NCBI RefSeq assembly: GCF_006345805.1
Contig: NW_021831985.1
Coordinates: 1 to 64,000, forward strand
DNA: 64,000 nucleotides
Reading direction: 5' to 3'
Origin: Octopus sinensis
Lineage: Eukaryota
Shown here: positions 38,053-52,705 of the stretch, piece after piece
Position numbering within the stretch: position 1 is the stretch's first letter
How the letters are laid out: every line of letters begins with the position of its first letter
Translations under genes and position numbers: made by a program
Notes under the pieces: generated by a model
The model's database searches: none
What the model saw: only the letters and a program-made list of their open reading frames with translations
What the model was told of the DNA's origin: nothing

Positions 38053-41000
38053 CTATCTATAAATGCTCTAATATCTACACAGCCTTTGTTTTTTTTTATC
38101 TTATTACACAAAAAATTCTTATATATATATATATAATATATATATATTATATATATATATATACTTATTATATATTATACTTATTATATATATACTTATT
38201 ATATATTGATCATTCATTTTATCCTTTTTGAGACCTAGTTATATGTTTTATAAAAATATTTATTTTTGTTATTTATGTTTTGGTTTATGTCTGTCACTGT
38301 TTGAGTTGCATAATAGTGGTTTTATCTCTAATTTATATTTTATACACATATATATATATATATGTATATATGTATACGTATACATGCTTGGTTTTATTTT
38401 ATTGGCTCCTAAGAGATGAAAGGCTATGTTCAATTCAGCAGTAATTGAACTCAAAATCTAAAAGAAATGCTTCTAAGCATTTTGTTCGACATGTTAAAGA
38501 TTCTGCCAGCTCACTGCCTACATAACAATAACAATAATAAATCTTTTCTGCTATAGTCACAAGGCCTGATACTCTAAGGGAGGGGTGGGCTAGTCAATTT
38601 AATGAACCCCACTGCTCAACTGGTACTTATTTTATCAACCCCAAAAGGATGAAAAGCAAAGTTGACCTTTGCAGGATTTGAACTCAGGACAAAAAACCAG
38701 TAGAAATATTGCAAAGCATATTTAGTCCAGCATGGTAAGGATTGTGCAAGCTTGCTGCCTTCATAATTATAATGATACTTCCTTAGGCAAAAAGTCAGTG
38801 ATTTTAAGGGGAAGAGCAAGTCTCCAGTATTTTAAGTGGCATTTTATCAACCTAGGAGGGGCAAAAGGCAAAATTGATTTCGATAGGATCTGAACACAGA
38901 ATGTACAAAACTGAACAAATTCCACAAAATGGAAAAATTCCACAAGGTTATTTGTGGTAAAATTTGGTGATTCTGGAAATACTTCATAATAATGATAATA
39001 ATAATTCTTTTCTAATTTTGGCACAAGGACAAAAATTTGAGGAGAGGAGAGGAGACAAGTCGAATACATCATACACCAATGCTCAACAGATACTCATTTT
39101 ATCAACCCCAAAAGGACAAAAGACACAGTTGACCTTGCAGGATTTGAACTCAGATTGTAAAGCTAGAAGAAATATCATTAAGCAATTTGCTTGACATAGT
39201 AACAAATCTGCCAGCTTCCAACCATACTACTACTGAGACCCCCTTCGGTCACAACACAGACCATGGGATTGCACCTAGAAAGCTACCCTCCCAGGCCAGC
39301 AGTCGCCCATGCATACTGGTTATCTCTCTCCATCCCACCTGTGTTATCCAAGGGAAAGGCAAAGGCTGATACAGCTTGGCACCAGTGACGTTGAAAACTC
39401 ATTTCTACAGCTGAGTAAACTGGAGCAACGTGAAATAAAGTGTCTTGCTCAAGAACACAACATGCACCCAGTCCGGGATTTGAGCACACAACCTCACGAT
39501 CGTAAGCTTGACACTCTAACCACTGAGCCATGCGCCTTCACATATACTACTACTACTACTAAGAAGAAGAAAGGTTTCAGATTTTGGCACAAGGCCAGCA
39601 GTTTCAAGAGAGGGAGCAGTAAGTCAATAACTATTTCTTTATTACCCACAAGGGGCTAAACATAGAGGGGACAAACAAAGACAGACATACGTATTAAGTC
39701 GATTATATTGACCCCAGTGCATAACTGGTACTTAATTTATCGACCCCAAAAGGATGAAAGGCAAAGTCGACTTCGGCGGAATTTGAACTCAGAATGCAGC
39801 GGCGGACAAAATACAGCTACGCATTTCGCCCGGTGTGCTAACGATTCTGCCAGCTCACTGCCATGTAAGTCAATAACATTGACCCCAGTGCTTATCCAGT
39901 ACTAATTTTATTGACCCTGATAGGATGAAAGGCAAAGTCAACCTTAGTGGAATTTGAACTCAGAATGTAAGAACGGATGAAATACCATTAAACATTTTGC
40001 CTGGCACGGTAACGATTCTGCCAGCTCATCAGCTTATCATAATAATAATGATAATAATACAATATAATTAAAAATTTTTATTTTTGTCATTATTATTATT
40101 ATTATTGTCATTATTTCTAGGAGAATAACAAGGCCTGACATAACAGGAAAAAGGGGTTGTTGATATTACCAACTGTAGTTTTATTTTATCGACCTTACAG
40201 GGACGAAAAGTGGCAATCACCGTAGCTGAATTTGAACTCAGAATGTAAAGCACTTGGAACAAACGTCACAAGACTTTTTTTTTTTTTTTCTGCCAATTCA
40301 CCATAAAAATGATTTCTTTCTTTGGCACAAGACCAACAAATTATGCAAAAGCCAGGGATCGATTATATCGACCCAGCTATAATTGATTGATTGCTTGTTG
40401 TATAAACCCTGGAGAGATGCCAAAAGGCAAAGTTGGGACCAGAACGGAACATCAGAATGTAAAGGAGCAGAACTAAATACTGCAGTTATGCATTCTAATC
40501 CAGCGCTCTTACTTCCATAATAATTGGTACAAATTTTGGCAGATGGCCAACAATTTTAAGGGAGAAGTGTCAGTCAATTAGATCAAGTTAAGTGCTCAAA
40601 TTGGTACAAATTTTGGCTGAGGGCCAGCAATTTTAGAGGGGACGGGTCAGTCAGTCAAGCCCAGTGCTCAATTGATGCTTATTTTTTTGACCCCAAAATT
40701 ATATTCTTTTCTTTTATTCTTTGACTTGTTTCGATCATTAGACTGTGGCCATGCTGGGGCACCGCCTTGAAGATTTTTTGTCAAACAAATCAATCCCAGC
40801 ATTTTTTTTTTTTTCAAAGCTAGGTGCTTATTCTATTGATCTCTTTTGCCGAACTGCTAAGTTATAGGGACATAAAGACACCAACACCAGTTGTCAAGCA
40901 GTGGTAGCAACAGACAGAGAAACACACACACACATATATATATATATTTTTATATACGCGATGGGCTTCTTTCAGTTTCTGTCAACCAAATCCAATCGCA

Positions 41001-41583
41001 AGGCTTTGGTCAGCCCAAGGCTATAGTAGAAGGCATTGGCCCAAGGTTCCACGCAGTGGGACTGATCCTGGAACCATGTGGTTGGGAAGCAAACTTCTTA
41101 CCACATAGCCACACCTGCAAATAATAACAACAAAAATTGCTTCAAATTTTGGAGCACAGTGCCAGCAATTTTAGGGGTAGTAAGAGTGAGTCAATTACTT
41201 TGACACCAATGCTCAGATGGCACTTATTTTACCAATCCCAAAAGAATGGAAGACAGACAACATCAATGAAATTCAAATTTGGAAATTAGTAGAGCCTCAG
41301 GAAATGCCATTAAGCATTTTGTTTGACGCACTAACGGTTCTTTTCCCAGATTGTTGTCTTAATACTAATCATTGTTTCCTATTATGGCACAGGGCTAGCA
41401 ATTTCAGGGGTGGGGTTAGTCGATTACAGTTAACCCAGGATTTGACTTAACCTCAATAGGATAAAAGGCTAAGTCAATCTCGGCAAGACTTGCAGTCAGA
41501 AAGTTAAGGAAAAATACTGCTAAGGATTTTGCCCAACACACTAATAGTTTTGCCAGCTCACCACAGTAATAATAATAATTATA

Positions 41584-41621
<38 letters not shown>

Positions 41622-42477
41622 CCTTTCTACTATAGGCACAAGGCCTGAAATTTGGGGGAGAGGGACAGTCAATCACATCAAACTCAGAATTCAACTGGTA
41701 CTTAATTTATCAACCACAGAAAGATGAAAGGCAAAGCTGACCTCGGAGGAAATTTGAACTCAGAACGTAGCAACAAGCAGAATACCACTAAGCATTTCAT
41801 CCAGCATGCCATCAATTCTGCTAGCTTGCCGCTTTAATAATAATAATAATAATAATAATAATCTTTTCTGCACATGGTCTGGAAACTATGGGGAGGGGGA
41901 TAGTCGATCACTTCAACCCAGGTACTCAACTTCTGTGAATTTTATCGACTTCATAGGGATGGAAGGCAAAGTCGACTTCAGTGGAATTTGAACTCAGAAT
42001 GTAAAGACGAAATGCTACTAAGAATTTTGTCCAGCATGCTAACAATTATACCACAATGCCACTTTCTTTAATAATAATAATCATCATCTTATTTATTATA
42101 GGTACAAGGCCTGAAGTTTGGGGAAGGGAACTAGTCAATAACATTGACCTCAGTGCTCCATTGGTACTTAATTTCTCGACCCCAAAAGGATGAAGGGCAA
42201 AGTCAACCTCAGTGGAATTTGAACTCAGAAAATAACGACAGATGAAATACCGCTAAGCATTTCACCCAGTATGCTAACAATTCTGCCAACTCACTGCTTT
42301 AATAATAATAATAATTATACTAATAATGATAATAATAACAATAATCCTTTCTTCTATAGGCACAAGGCCTGAAGTTTGTGAGGAGGGGGCCTATTTGATT
42401 ACATTGACCCCAGTCTTCCACTGGTACTTAATTTATCAACCCCAAAGGAATGAAAGGCAAAGCCGACCTCGGAATAA

Positions 42478-42515
<38 letters not shown>

Positions 42516-44127
42516 CCTTTCTACTATAGGCACAATGCCTGAAATTTGTGGGGAGGGGATAAGTTGATTACATCAATCCCAGTGTTTCACTGGTACTTAA
42601 TTTATTGACCCCAAAAGGTTGATGTCAACCTCAGCAAAATTTGAACTCAGAACGTAACAACAGGTGAAATACTGCTATGCATTCTGACCAGCATCAATAA
42701 TAATGGTTTCAAATTTTGGCACAAGGCCAGTGATTTTGAAAGGATTGAAGGCCAAAGTCAACTTCGGCAGAATTTGAACTCAGAACATTACAGCTGGACG
42801 AAATGGTGCTAAGCATTTGGCCCAGCATGCCAATGATTTTGCCAGCTCATTGCCAAATAACAATAAAAATCCTTTGTATTAGGAGCACAAATCCTGAAAT
42901 TTTGGGGGTGAGGGCTAGTCATTACATCGACCCCCAGTGCACAACTGGTACTTATTATACCAACCCCGAAAGGAATAAAGGCAAAGTTGACCGTGGCAAA
43001 ATTTGAGCTCAGAATGTAAAGATACACAAAATACTGCTAAGCATTTTGCCTGGCATGCTAACGATTCTGCCAGCTCATTAACTTAATAACTATAATAATA
43101 ATAATCTTTTCTACGACAGGTACAAGGCCTGAATTTGAGGGGAAAGGACAAGTCAAATTACTGAAAAAGTCAACCTTGGCAGAATTTGAGCTCAGAACAT
43201 AGAGAGAGAAGAAATGCCGCTAAGCATTTTGCCAGCTCATCGCCTTAATAACAATAATAATAATAATAATAATCCTGAAATTTGGGGGAGGGGAATAATT
43301 GGTTACATTGACCCCAGTGCTTAATTTAAGGCAAAGTCAACCTCAGCAGAATTTGAACTCAGAACGTAGCGACGGGTGAAACACCTATTTCTTTACTACC
43401 CACAAGGGGCTAAACACAGAGAGGACAAACAAGGAAAGACAAACGGATTAAGTCGATTATATCGACCCCAGTGCGTAACTGGTACTCATTTAATCGACCC
43501 CGAAAGGATGAAAGGCAAAGTCGACCTCGGCGGAATTTGAACTCAGAACATAAAGACAGACGAAATACCGCTAAGCATTTCGCCCAACGTGCTAACGTTT
43601 CTGCCAGTTCGCCGGGTGAAATACCGCTAAGCATTTCATCCAGCTAACGATTCTGCAAGCTTGCCACCTTTAAACAATAATAATAATAATAATAATAAAT
43701 TGAAATGATGAACATGATGAAAATGATTTCTTTTATTGGCCACAAGGACCCAAGACATTGAGAACAAACATCAAATAATAATAATAATAATAATTATAAT
43801 AATAATAATAATAATAATAATTTCTTACATAATGGCAATTATGAAAAGAGAGTACTGACTCCATGGGATGATGACAGCAATGCAACACAGCTGATACTTG
43901 AAGCTGACCAACGTCCAGTTGTGCTGCTTACTGGTTACTCCTTCCTTTTTACATATCCCAACTCGGAACAAAGACAACGGATGGATTTCAGAGACATACC
44001 ATTTTTAGAGGCAGGAGGTGGATTGGGGTGGGGGTGGGGGTGGATGTAGAAAATGGATAAATTCATTCCACAGTGTCACTCTGAACCACTTATACATGTA
44101 TGTGGTGGTCACAGAATTAGGAAAACC

Positions 44128-44158
<31 letters not shown>

Positions 44159-45995
44159 ATAAACCAGGCATTCTGTGATGAATGATGAAGGTGGTAATGA
44201 TGGTAATGGTGATGATGGTAGTAGTGGCGATGGTGATGGTGGTAAGAGGGAATTCAGTAGCCACCACCCACACAACAATTAAAAGAAAGAGTCTCGACAT
44301 GGTTTTATCAGAGTGCTGAAAATAGCAGCAAAATCTTTAAAGTACATCACACTGTCTTATGAAAATTGAAAGGTGCCTTAGATAGTAAAGGACAGCCCTA
44401 AAAAAAAAATTAAAATGAGATGATGTTAGTACACATTTTATCAGAGGTATGCTCAATCAGGCTTGACCTGGGGTTCAACAACAACAACAACTATTTCTAC
44501 TCCTACAGTTATTACTAATACAACCTACGATGGGATGTTAGTCTACCATAAGGAAGTTTCCCCTTGTAACAACTAACATATGATTTATTTGAGAACCAGG
44601 GAAGACACAATACAGCATGCATACCAGTCATGGATTGAACCCAAGAGCTCTGTGTTACTACACCAATCACTTAGCTACTCAGATCAACTGCTTTATACAT
44701 ATATACATACATACATATATATACACACACAAATACACACACACACAAATATGTGGAATTTGAACTCAAAATGTAAAGGGGCATAATTAAATATTGTAAG
44801 GCATTATATCTGATATTTTAACGATTCTGCCAATCCACTGCTCTAATTATCTTAATAATAATGATTAAAAAAAAAAAATAATAATAATAATAATAATAAT
44901 GATGATGATGATGATGATGGTTTCAAATTTTGCCACAAAGGCAGCCATTTTGAGGGAGGGGGTGAGTCAATTACATCAACCCCAGTATTCAACTGGTACT
45001 TATTTTATCGACCTTGAAAGGATGAAAGGCAAAGTCGACCTCAGCAGAATTTGAACTCGGGTCATAAAGACGGTCGAAATACCATTAAGCATTTCGCCAA
45101 GCTTGCTAATGCTTCTGCCAGCTCGCCGTCTTAATATTAATAATCCCTTCTACTAAGGTATAAGGCAGTTTCAGGGAAGAAGGCCTGTTGATAGCATCAA
45201 GTTCAGCGTTCAGTACTTTTGTTGACCCTGAAAGGATGAAAACAAAGTTGACCTGGGTGGAATTTGAACCTAGAACATAAAGAGCAAAAATAACCACTAA
45301 GCATTTTGTCCCATCTTTACTTTTACATGTTTCAGTCATTTGACTGCGGCCATGCTGGAGCACCGCCTTTAGCATCTGCTAACAATTCTACTAACTCACC
45401 ATCTAAATATATAAATAGATAATAATAATAATAATAAAGGATTCAAATTTTGGTGACAGGCTAGCAAATTTTTTAAAGGGAAAGATGTTAGTTGATAATA
45501 ACATACCCCAATAGTTCACTGGTACTTTATTTTTACACAGTTGGGAAGAATGTAAGGTAAGGCTGGTCTCAAACAGGGTTTGAAATTAGTACAATTTCTT
45601 ACAATGGTCACAGAACGATCAATATGTGGATGAAAGGGGTTATAGATGACAACACACTAGCAAGTATTTATTTATTTCGTTAATCTTGGTTAGAGAAGGA
45701 TCAAAGCAAAGTTGACACCTGTAAAGGATTGAACTTACATCATAGGTAAGCTCATAGCCAAAAAATAAAAAATAATACCATGAACCACAGACACCCTTTC
45801 CTTATCTCTCATTTCTGCCAAGCCACAATACTTATTATAAATGTTAAATTAATGATTCCTTGCATAGGTACAAGGTGAGAAATTCCACTGGCACTGAAAA
45901 AAACATTGACCAGAATTGGAAACAGAGATTATAAAGGGACATAACTGTGAAATACTGCAAGGTATTTAATATGCTACTCTGTCACGTCAGAGGGC

Positions 45996-46042
<47 letters not shown>

Positions 46043-46617
46043 TGATAAATAGTTATGGTGAAGTTTGACTAGAGACAAGGCTTTATGGGAAGGGCCAACT
46101 GGTGTGCAGTGACATTCATAGCTGTTTACTGGGAAGTGTTCCTTAGTGGGTGGAAGTGAAGTGGCTCAGAGTGACAACTGAAACAGCCAGCTTCTAAGCT
46201 TTGAGGTTAACTATAATTGATACAAATAAACATCTTCATAGACGTTGTCATCATTTATTCCCTGTCTTCTGATCTGGTAAGGGGTCAGATGGTTTAACAG
46301 GATCTGAGGAGCTGCCATGCTCCAATGGGCAAGGCTTCTATGGTTGGATCGCCTTCTGAATGCCAACAATTTTTATACAGGGTACTCAATGCTTTCTTCA
46401 TAGCAGTGCCACTGGTGGGGGTCACCGTATAAGTTGCAAGACTAAAGATTCTCTAGACTGAGCGGGAGTATAAAGGGGCTTTATGCCAGGTGTTTGAGAT
46501 GTAAAGCATACTAGAAAGGAAAGGACAGGGACAGGTGTGTGTGTGTGTGTGTGTGAAAGAAGGACAGGGACAGGTGTGTGGTGTGTGTGTGTGTGTGTGT
46601 GAAAGAAGGACAGGAAC

Positions 46618-46654
<37 letters not shown>

Positions 46655-46726
46655 AGATAGGAACAGGTGTGTTGTGCATGTGTGAAAAAATAGGAAGTGT
46701 GTGTATGTGTGTATATATATATATAT

Positions 46727-46772
<46 letters not shown>

Positions 46773-46925
46773 AATATATATTTTATATATAGAGATATAT
46801 ATAAACGGTGGTTTTTTTCTATTTTATATATATATATTATATTGTGTGGAATTTGATTTAGTATTTCTAAATTGAATTCTTTTTCTTTGTAAGTTTGGAT
46901 TTTATTCCCTCAAATAATAATTATA

Positions 46926-46963
<38 letters not shown>

Positions 46964-47459
46964 GATAGATTGATGCAAATATATTGATGTACATAAATAT
47001 ATAGACGTGTGTGTCTGTGTGTGTGCATATAACACATATTCCACACCACATTCCCAACACTGAGTACTCTGGTTGTTTGCATTAAAAAACTGAACTACTA
47101 ACGCACTGAATAAATATCAGTGGATGAGTATTCCAAAGACAAGTGAGAGCCTTTAACATAATCCACTACCAGAATCAGCATGAGAAACTATAAGACAAAG
47201 ATGGGCTTTTGAATTACCAATCCAATCCATCCAAAGAGCTTCCAACAGTTTCCATTCACCCAATTTCATACACAAGGGGTTTGGGGTGGCCTTGAAGCCC
47301 TCTATACCTAAGGTGTCACACAGAGGAGTCAAACAACCCCAAACCTCATGGCTGCCAAGTGAAACCCTTAGCCAATCAATCCATGCCTACATTCACATTC
47401 ATATGCATATTTAAACCAAGATATTTCCCTTTTTTATAGAAAACCCCCTAATTCATGAT

Positions 47460-47950
47460 AAACAGCTAATACATATATATATATATAATATATATATATA
47501 TATTATATATATATATACATATATATAACATACATATACACATACATATACATACATATACATACATAATATATATACATATATATATATACATATATAT
47601 ATACACATATATATACATACATATACATACATAATATATATACATATATACATATATATATACATACATATATATATATATACCTATATATATATACATA
47701 TATATATATACATATATATACATATACATATATATATACATACATATAGATATATATATACATACATATATATATATATACATATATATATATACACATA
47801 TATATATATATACATATACATACATATATATATATATACATATATATATATACACATATATATACATATACATATACATATATATACATATATATACATA
47901 TACATATATATATACATATACATATATATACATATACATATATATACATT
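47460..47950. repeat. Large TA/TACA microsatellite; similar blocks at 5620-6260, 10276-10490, 16680-16925, 28690-29110, 49150-49470 and 51590-52360, (TAGA)n at 12265-12386 and 15500-15640, (ATT/ATC)n at 9327-9412 and 60670-60930
   Basis: Direct reading. Confidence 0.98.
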
Positions 47951-48203
47951 AGGCGCGGGCATGGTTGTGTGATTAGGGAGCTTGCTTTCTAGCTACATGG
48001 TTTCAGGTTCAGTCCCACTGCGAGGCACTTTGGGTAAGTGTCTTTCACTATAGCCCCGAGCTGACCGGAGCTTTGTGATTGAATTCGGTAGGTGGAAGTT
48101 ACTGCCATGTGTGCATATGTGCGTGTAGGTGCTTGTGCCTCTCCCAAAGAGAGAGAGGGATATATATACATATACATATATATATACATATATATATACA
48201 TAC

Positions 48204-48252
<49 letters not shown>

Positions 48253-48285
48253 ATATATATACATATATATATATATACATATATA

Positions 48286-48316
<31 letters not shown>

Positions 48317-48329
48317 CATATATACATAC

Positions 48330-48360
<31 letters not shown>

Positions 48361-48594
48361 AAAATATATATATGTGTGTACACATAAATTTATTCACGTA
48401 AGAATGTGTGTGGATATGCATATATGCGTGTGTGTATGTGTGTATTCGGTAGCCATGATTAAACTCCGAGTTTTGGATGATGAGTTTTATCGTGGCTACC
48501 GAATAATTGTCACATATTACATTTACAGATAAAATTCCTCTATTTACATAATATCGAGGTCTCTTTTATTTTTGTTGTCTTACCATTTTTATCA

Positions 48595-48651
<57 letters not shown>

Positions 48652-49416
48652 ATGGTATGATTATAAACAGAGCAAATTTTAGCCATTTCTCCACAGACTG
48701 AGCAAAATGATGAACAACCTTAATGGGTTCTCATCAGAGGTGTCATTCTGACAGTCCCCAGAGAAACAAGCAGCCAAATTGTTTGTATATTCAACAAATG
48801 CAGCAGTTACTCTATGAAGGAGTGCCTAATTTGCATACTGAAAGTGTTTAACGCTAATATATATATATATATAGTTTCAAATTTTGACACAAAGCCATTA
48901 ATTTGAAGGTAGAGCAGTAAGTCAATTACATCAACTCCAGAGTTTGATATATATATGTGTGTATATATATATGTATGTATGTATGTATATGTATGTTTGC
49001 TTTTGTGTTCAGTTATAACAAAAACAATGGGTTACTTACTCTACAATTTTGTAGAGCACAAGTTAATTTTTCTCATACAAGAAGACATTGCCAAACTGAC
49101 CAACAGTGACTTGGCTGGTCAAAACTTTGAAGTCACTGTCAGCAACACGCTTGTATGAGAATTATATATATACATACATATACACACACACAAACACACA
49201 TATATATAAATATATATATACACACATATATACATATATATACACATATATACATGCATATAAATATACATACATACATATATATATATACACATATATA
49301 CATACATATATATATACATACATACATACATATATATATACATACATACATACATATATATACACATATATACATACATATATATATACATACATACATA
49401 CATAAGTATATATATA

Positions 49417-49456
<40 letters not shown>

Positions 49457-51606
49457 CATATATATCGAAAAACAAAATTGTTCTGTTTTAGCTGATGTTG
49501 TTTTATTATAGTTGTTGTTGTTGTTGCCCTTGTAACAAGTTTTAGCTGTGTCTTTTGAAAAATAGCTTCATCTATATTCAAGATGTATCAGGAAAAAATA
49601 CAGGAGGTCACAGAAAACGGGGAGGATGGCAGAGAACAGGGGGTTAAGGTGTCTTGAGAACTTTTAAACAAATTAAAAGGTAAAGGAGGAGAGAAGGGGA
49701 CGCCTGTGATTTATAAATGGGTTCTTTTATTTTATTTTATTTTTTCATTTTTATTTGATTTAGGCTTTCCAGTTCAGCACGTTGCCCACCATCACCATCA
49801 CCATCATCATCATCATTTTCATCATCATCATATATTCTTGTATGTACACAAAAAGAAAATAAATATAAACAGGATGGTCACATGAAGTTAGGAAGGGAAG
49901 GAGGGAGAGAGGGAAAGTTGTTTCTCGTGTAAGTTCGTCTAGTGTGTATGTGTGTGTGTGTGTGCGTGTGTGTGTGTGTGTGCGTGTGTGTGTGTGTGTG
50001 TCAGAGGCAAGGGAATTGTTTTAACTCCTCAGCATCCACATTGCCCTGTCAAATGCAATCCTTATTTATTTGCACTGTCTTCAGTTAATCCCGGCTCATC
50101 TCGTCTTTCAGATTTCAAATGATGCGCCTGTGCTTATTTATATATATGCATATATATATGCATATATATATATATAATAATATATATATAATATATACAA
50201 AAAAAACAACAGGACATGATCCCTAATTTTTGGCACTAAGCCGGCATTTTGAGGAGAGTGGGGTAGTCAATTACATTGACTCACAGTGCTAAGCTGGCTC
50301 TTTATTTTATCAACCCAGAAAGGATGAAAGGCAATGTCAACCCCAGTGGGATTTGAACTCAATGTAAAGAGACAGAAACAATGTTGCTAAACGTTTTTCC
50401 CAGCATGCTAATGATTCTGCCAACTTGCCACCTTAATACGCACACACCACACACACACACATACATACAACACACGCAATATATATATATATTTCTTTAT
50501 TGCCCACAAGGGGCTAAACTTAGAAGGGACAAACAAGGACAGACAAAGGGATTAAGTCGATTATATCGACCCCAGTGCGAAACTGGTACTTTTATTTATC
50601 GACCCTGAAAGGATGAAAGGCAAAGTCGACCTCGGCGGAATTTGAACTCAGAACGTAACGACAGACGAAATACCGCTAAGCATTCCGGCCGGCGTGTCTG
50701 CCGTATAGACACACATACATATAACACATCTTAGGGGCCTAGACAGAAAAAAAGTGGAAGGGGCGCTAAATGAAAGATTAAAACCAAAAAAATAAATGTG
50801 TGACACATGGAAAATGCAAACAATATACAATAAATAAGAAAATAAGAGTGCAGAAGGGGGAGAAGGGAATCCGTTTCTTAAGTAAAATACTGAGATCTAA
50901 CATAAGAAGAACAAGGCCCAAATTTGGGATAGAAAATGAATTGGTCAAATCTTATCGACCACACCCACCCACCCTACACAGTACCCTATTGGTACATGGT
51001 ACTTTATTATTTGGACATTGGAAGGATGGAAGATAAAGTTGACCTTGGCAGGATTTGAACTCGGATCATGAGGGGTGGTGGCATAACTACACACTGCAAG
51101 GCAATTTCTTTTCTTTATTTTTTTCTTCACTTTTTTTTTTTTTTTGTCTGATGCTTCAAGGATTCTACGAATCCACCCATTTTTAAGAGTTGGACAAACA
51201 GAGGAAGTGAATGAGAGAGAGAGAGAAAGAGAGGGAGAGAGAGAGAGAGAGGGAGAAAAAGTGAAAGATAGTGAGGAAGAGAAAGAGATTAAAAGTTCAG
51301 TAGTACTAGTAGTAGTAGTAGTGGTAGTAGTGGCAGTGGTGATGGCAGCAGTGACAGTGGTGATAAAGTGAGCAGCCAAGGCTGGCATTTGTGTGTTTGT
51401 GTGTGTGTGTGAGTGTGTGTGTGTGTTATAAGACATAAATACACACATGTACCGTATATAAAGAATACATACACACATGCACGTAAAAAAAAATTATATA
51501 TATAGTATTACACACACATCATCATCCTCATCATTTTTAAAGTTCATTTTTTCATGCACACACAAGGCCAGACCATTTTTTTCTTGTATATAAATGTGCA
51601 TGTGTA

Positions 51607-51664
<58 letters not shown>

Positions 51665-51747
51665 CATATATATCTATATATATAGATATATATATACATA
51701 CATATATATATATCATACATATATATATATATATACATAATATATAT

Positions 51748-51778
<31 letters not shown>

Positions 51779-51787
51779 CATACATAT

Positions 51788-51824
<37 letters not shown>

Positions 51825-52314
51825 ATACATTATATTAGATATATATATACATACATATATATATATATATACATACATATATATATACATACATATATAT
51901 ATACATACATATATATATATACTACATATATATCATACATATATATATATATATATATATATACATACATATATATATAATATATATATACATACATATA
52001 TATATATATACATACATATATATACACATATATATACACACATATATTATACACACATATATTATTTATACATTACATATATATATACATACATATATAT
52101 ATACATACATATATTTATATACATACATATATATATACATACATATATATATATACATACATATATATATATACATATATATATATACATATATACACAC
52201 ACAAATGTGCATGCATATATAGACACATGCATCTACACTAACGTACATACACACGCACATATATACATATGCATAAATACAATCGTACACATACCTATAT
52301 ATATATATATACAT

Positions 52315-52348
<34 letters not shown>

Positions 52349-52705
52349 TCACAAATATATATACAGATACAGAATTATAAAAAAAAAACAGAAAAACAAA
52401 GAAACAAACAAAAACCCAGCCTTCCAGACGAATCCAAAATTATCAATTTTTTCTTGTTTATTTTCTCATTTTGTTGTTATTGTTTGTGTTAGGAGTGATA
52501 GTTGTTGTTGTTGTTGGTGTTGTGGATTTTAATGGCAGATTAGTCTTTCTCCCTCTCTCTCTCACTCTCTCTCTATCTCTCATTCTCTCTTATTTTTTCT
52601 TTCCTCCACCACACATGCCCCCCCATGTTTGGTTTTGTCTTTTTTGTTGTAATTTTTTTTTTTGATAAATTTTGTTTTGTTTTGTTTTGTGTTGTTATTT
52701 GTTTG

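Larger units (their letters stand above)
32830..45420 (-). mobile_element. Dense cluster of family A SINEs with (ATT)n tails, mostly on the minus strand and head-to-tail
   Basis: Repeated plus-strand pattern (AAT)n-CCTTTCTACTATAGGCACAAGGCCTGAAAT...GGATGAAAGGCAAAGT...GAACTCAGAA...CTGCCAGCT-(AAT)n, roughly 30 copies by eye. A few plus-strand copies lie at about 35880-36050 and 36615-36960. Confidence 0.9.

Noticed and set aside
43820-44010. 58-codon open stretch NGNYEKRVLTPWDDD... in unique sequence
   Set aside because: No start codon or splice acceptor in frame and no recognised motif.
48690-48750. CTGATGAG on the minus strand with a short GAACC/GGTT stem
   Set aside because: Not followed by GAAA or a helix III.
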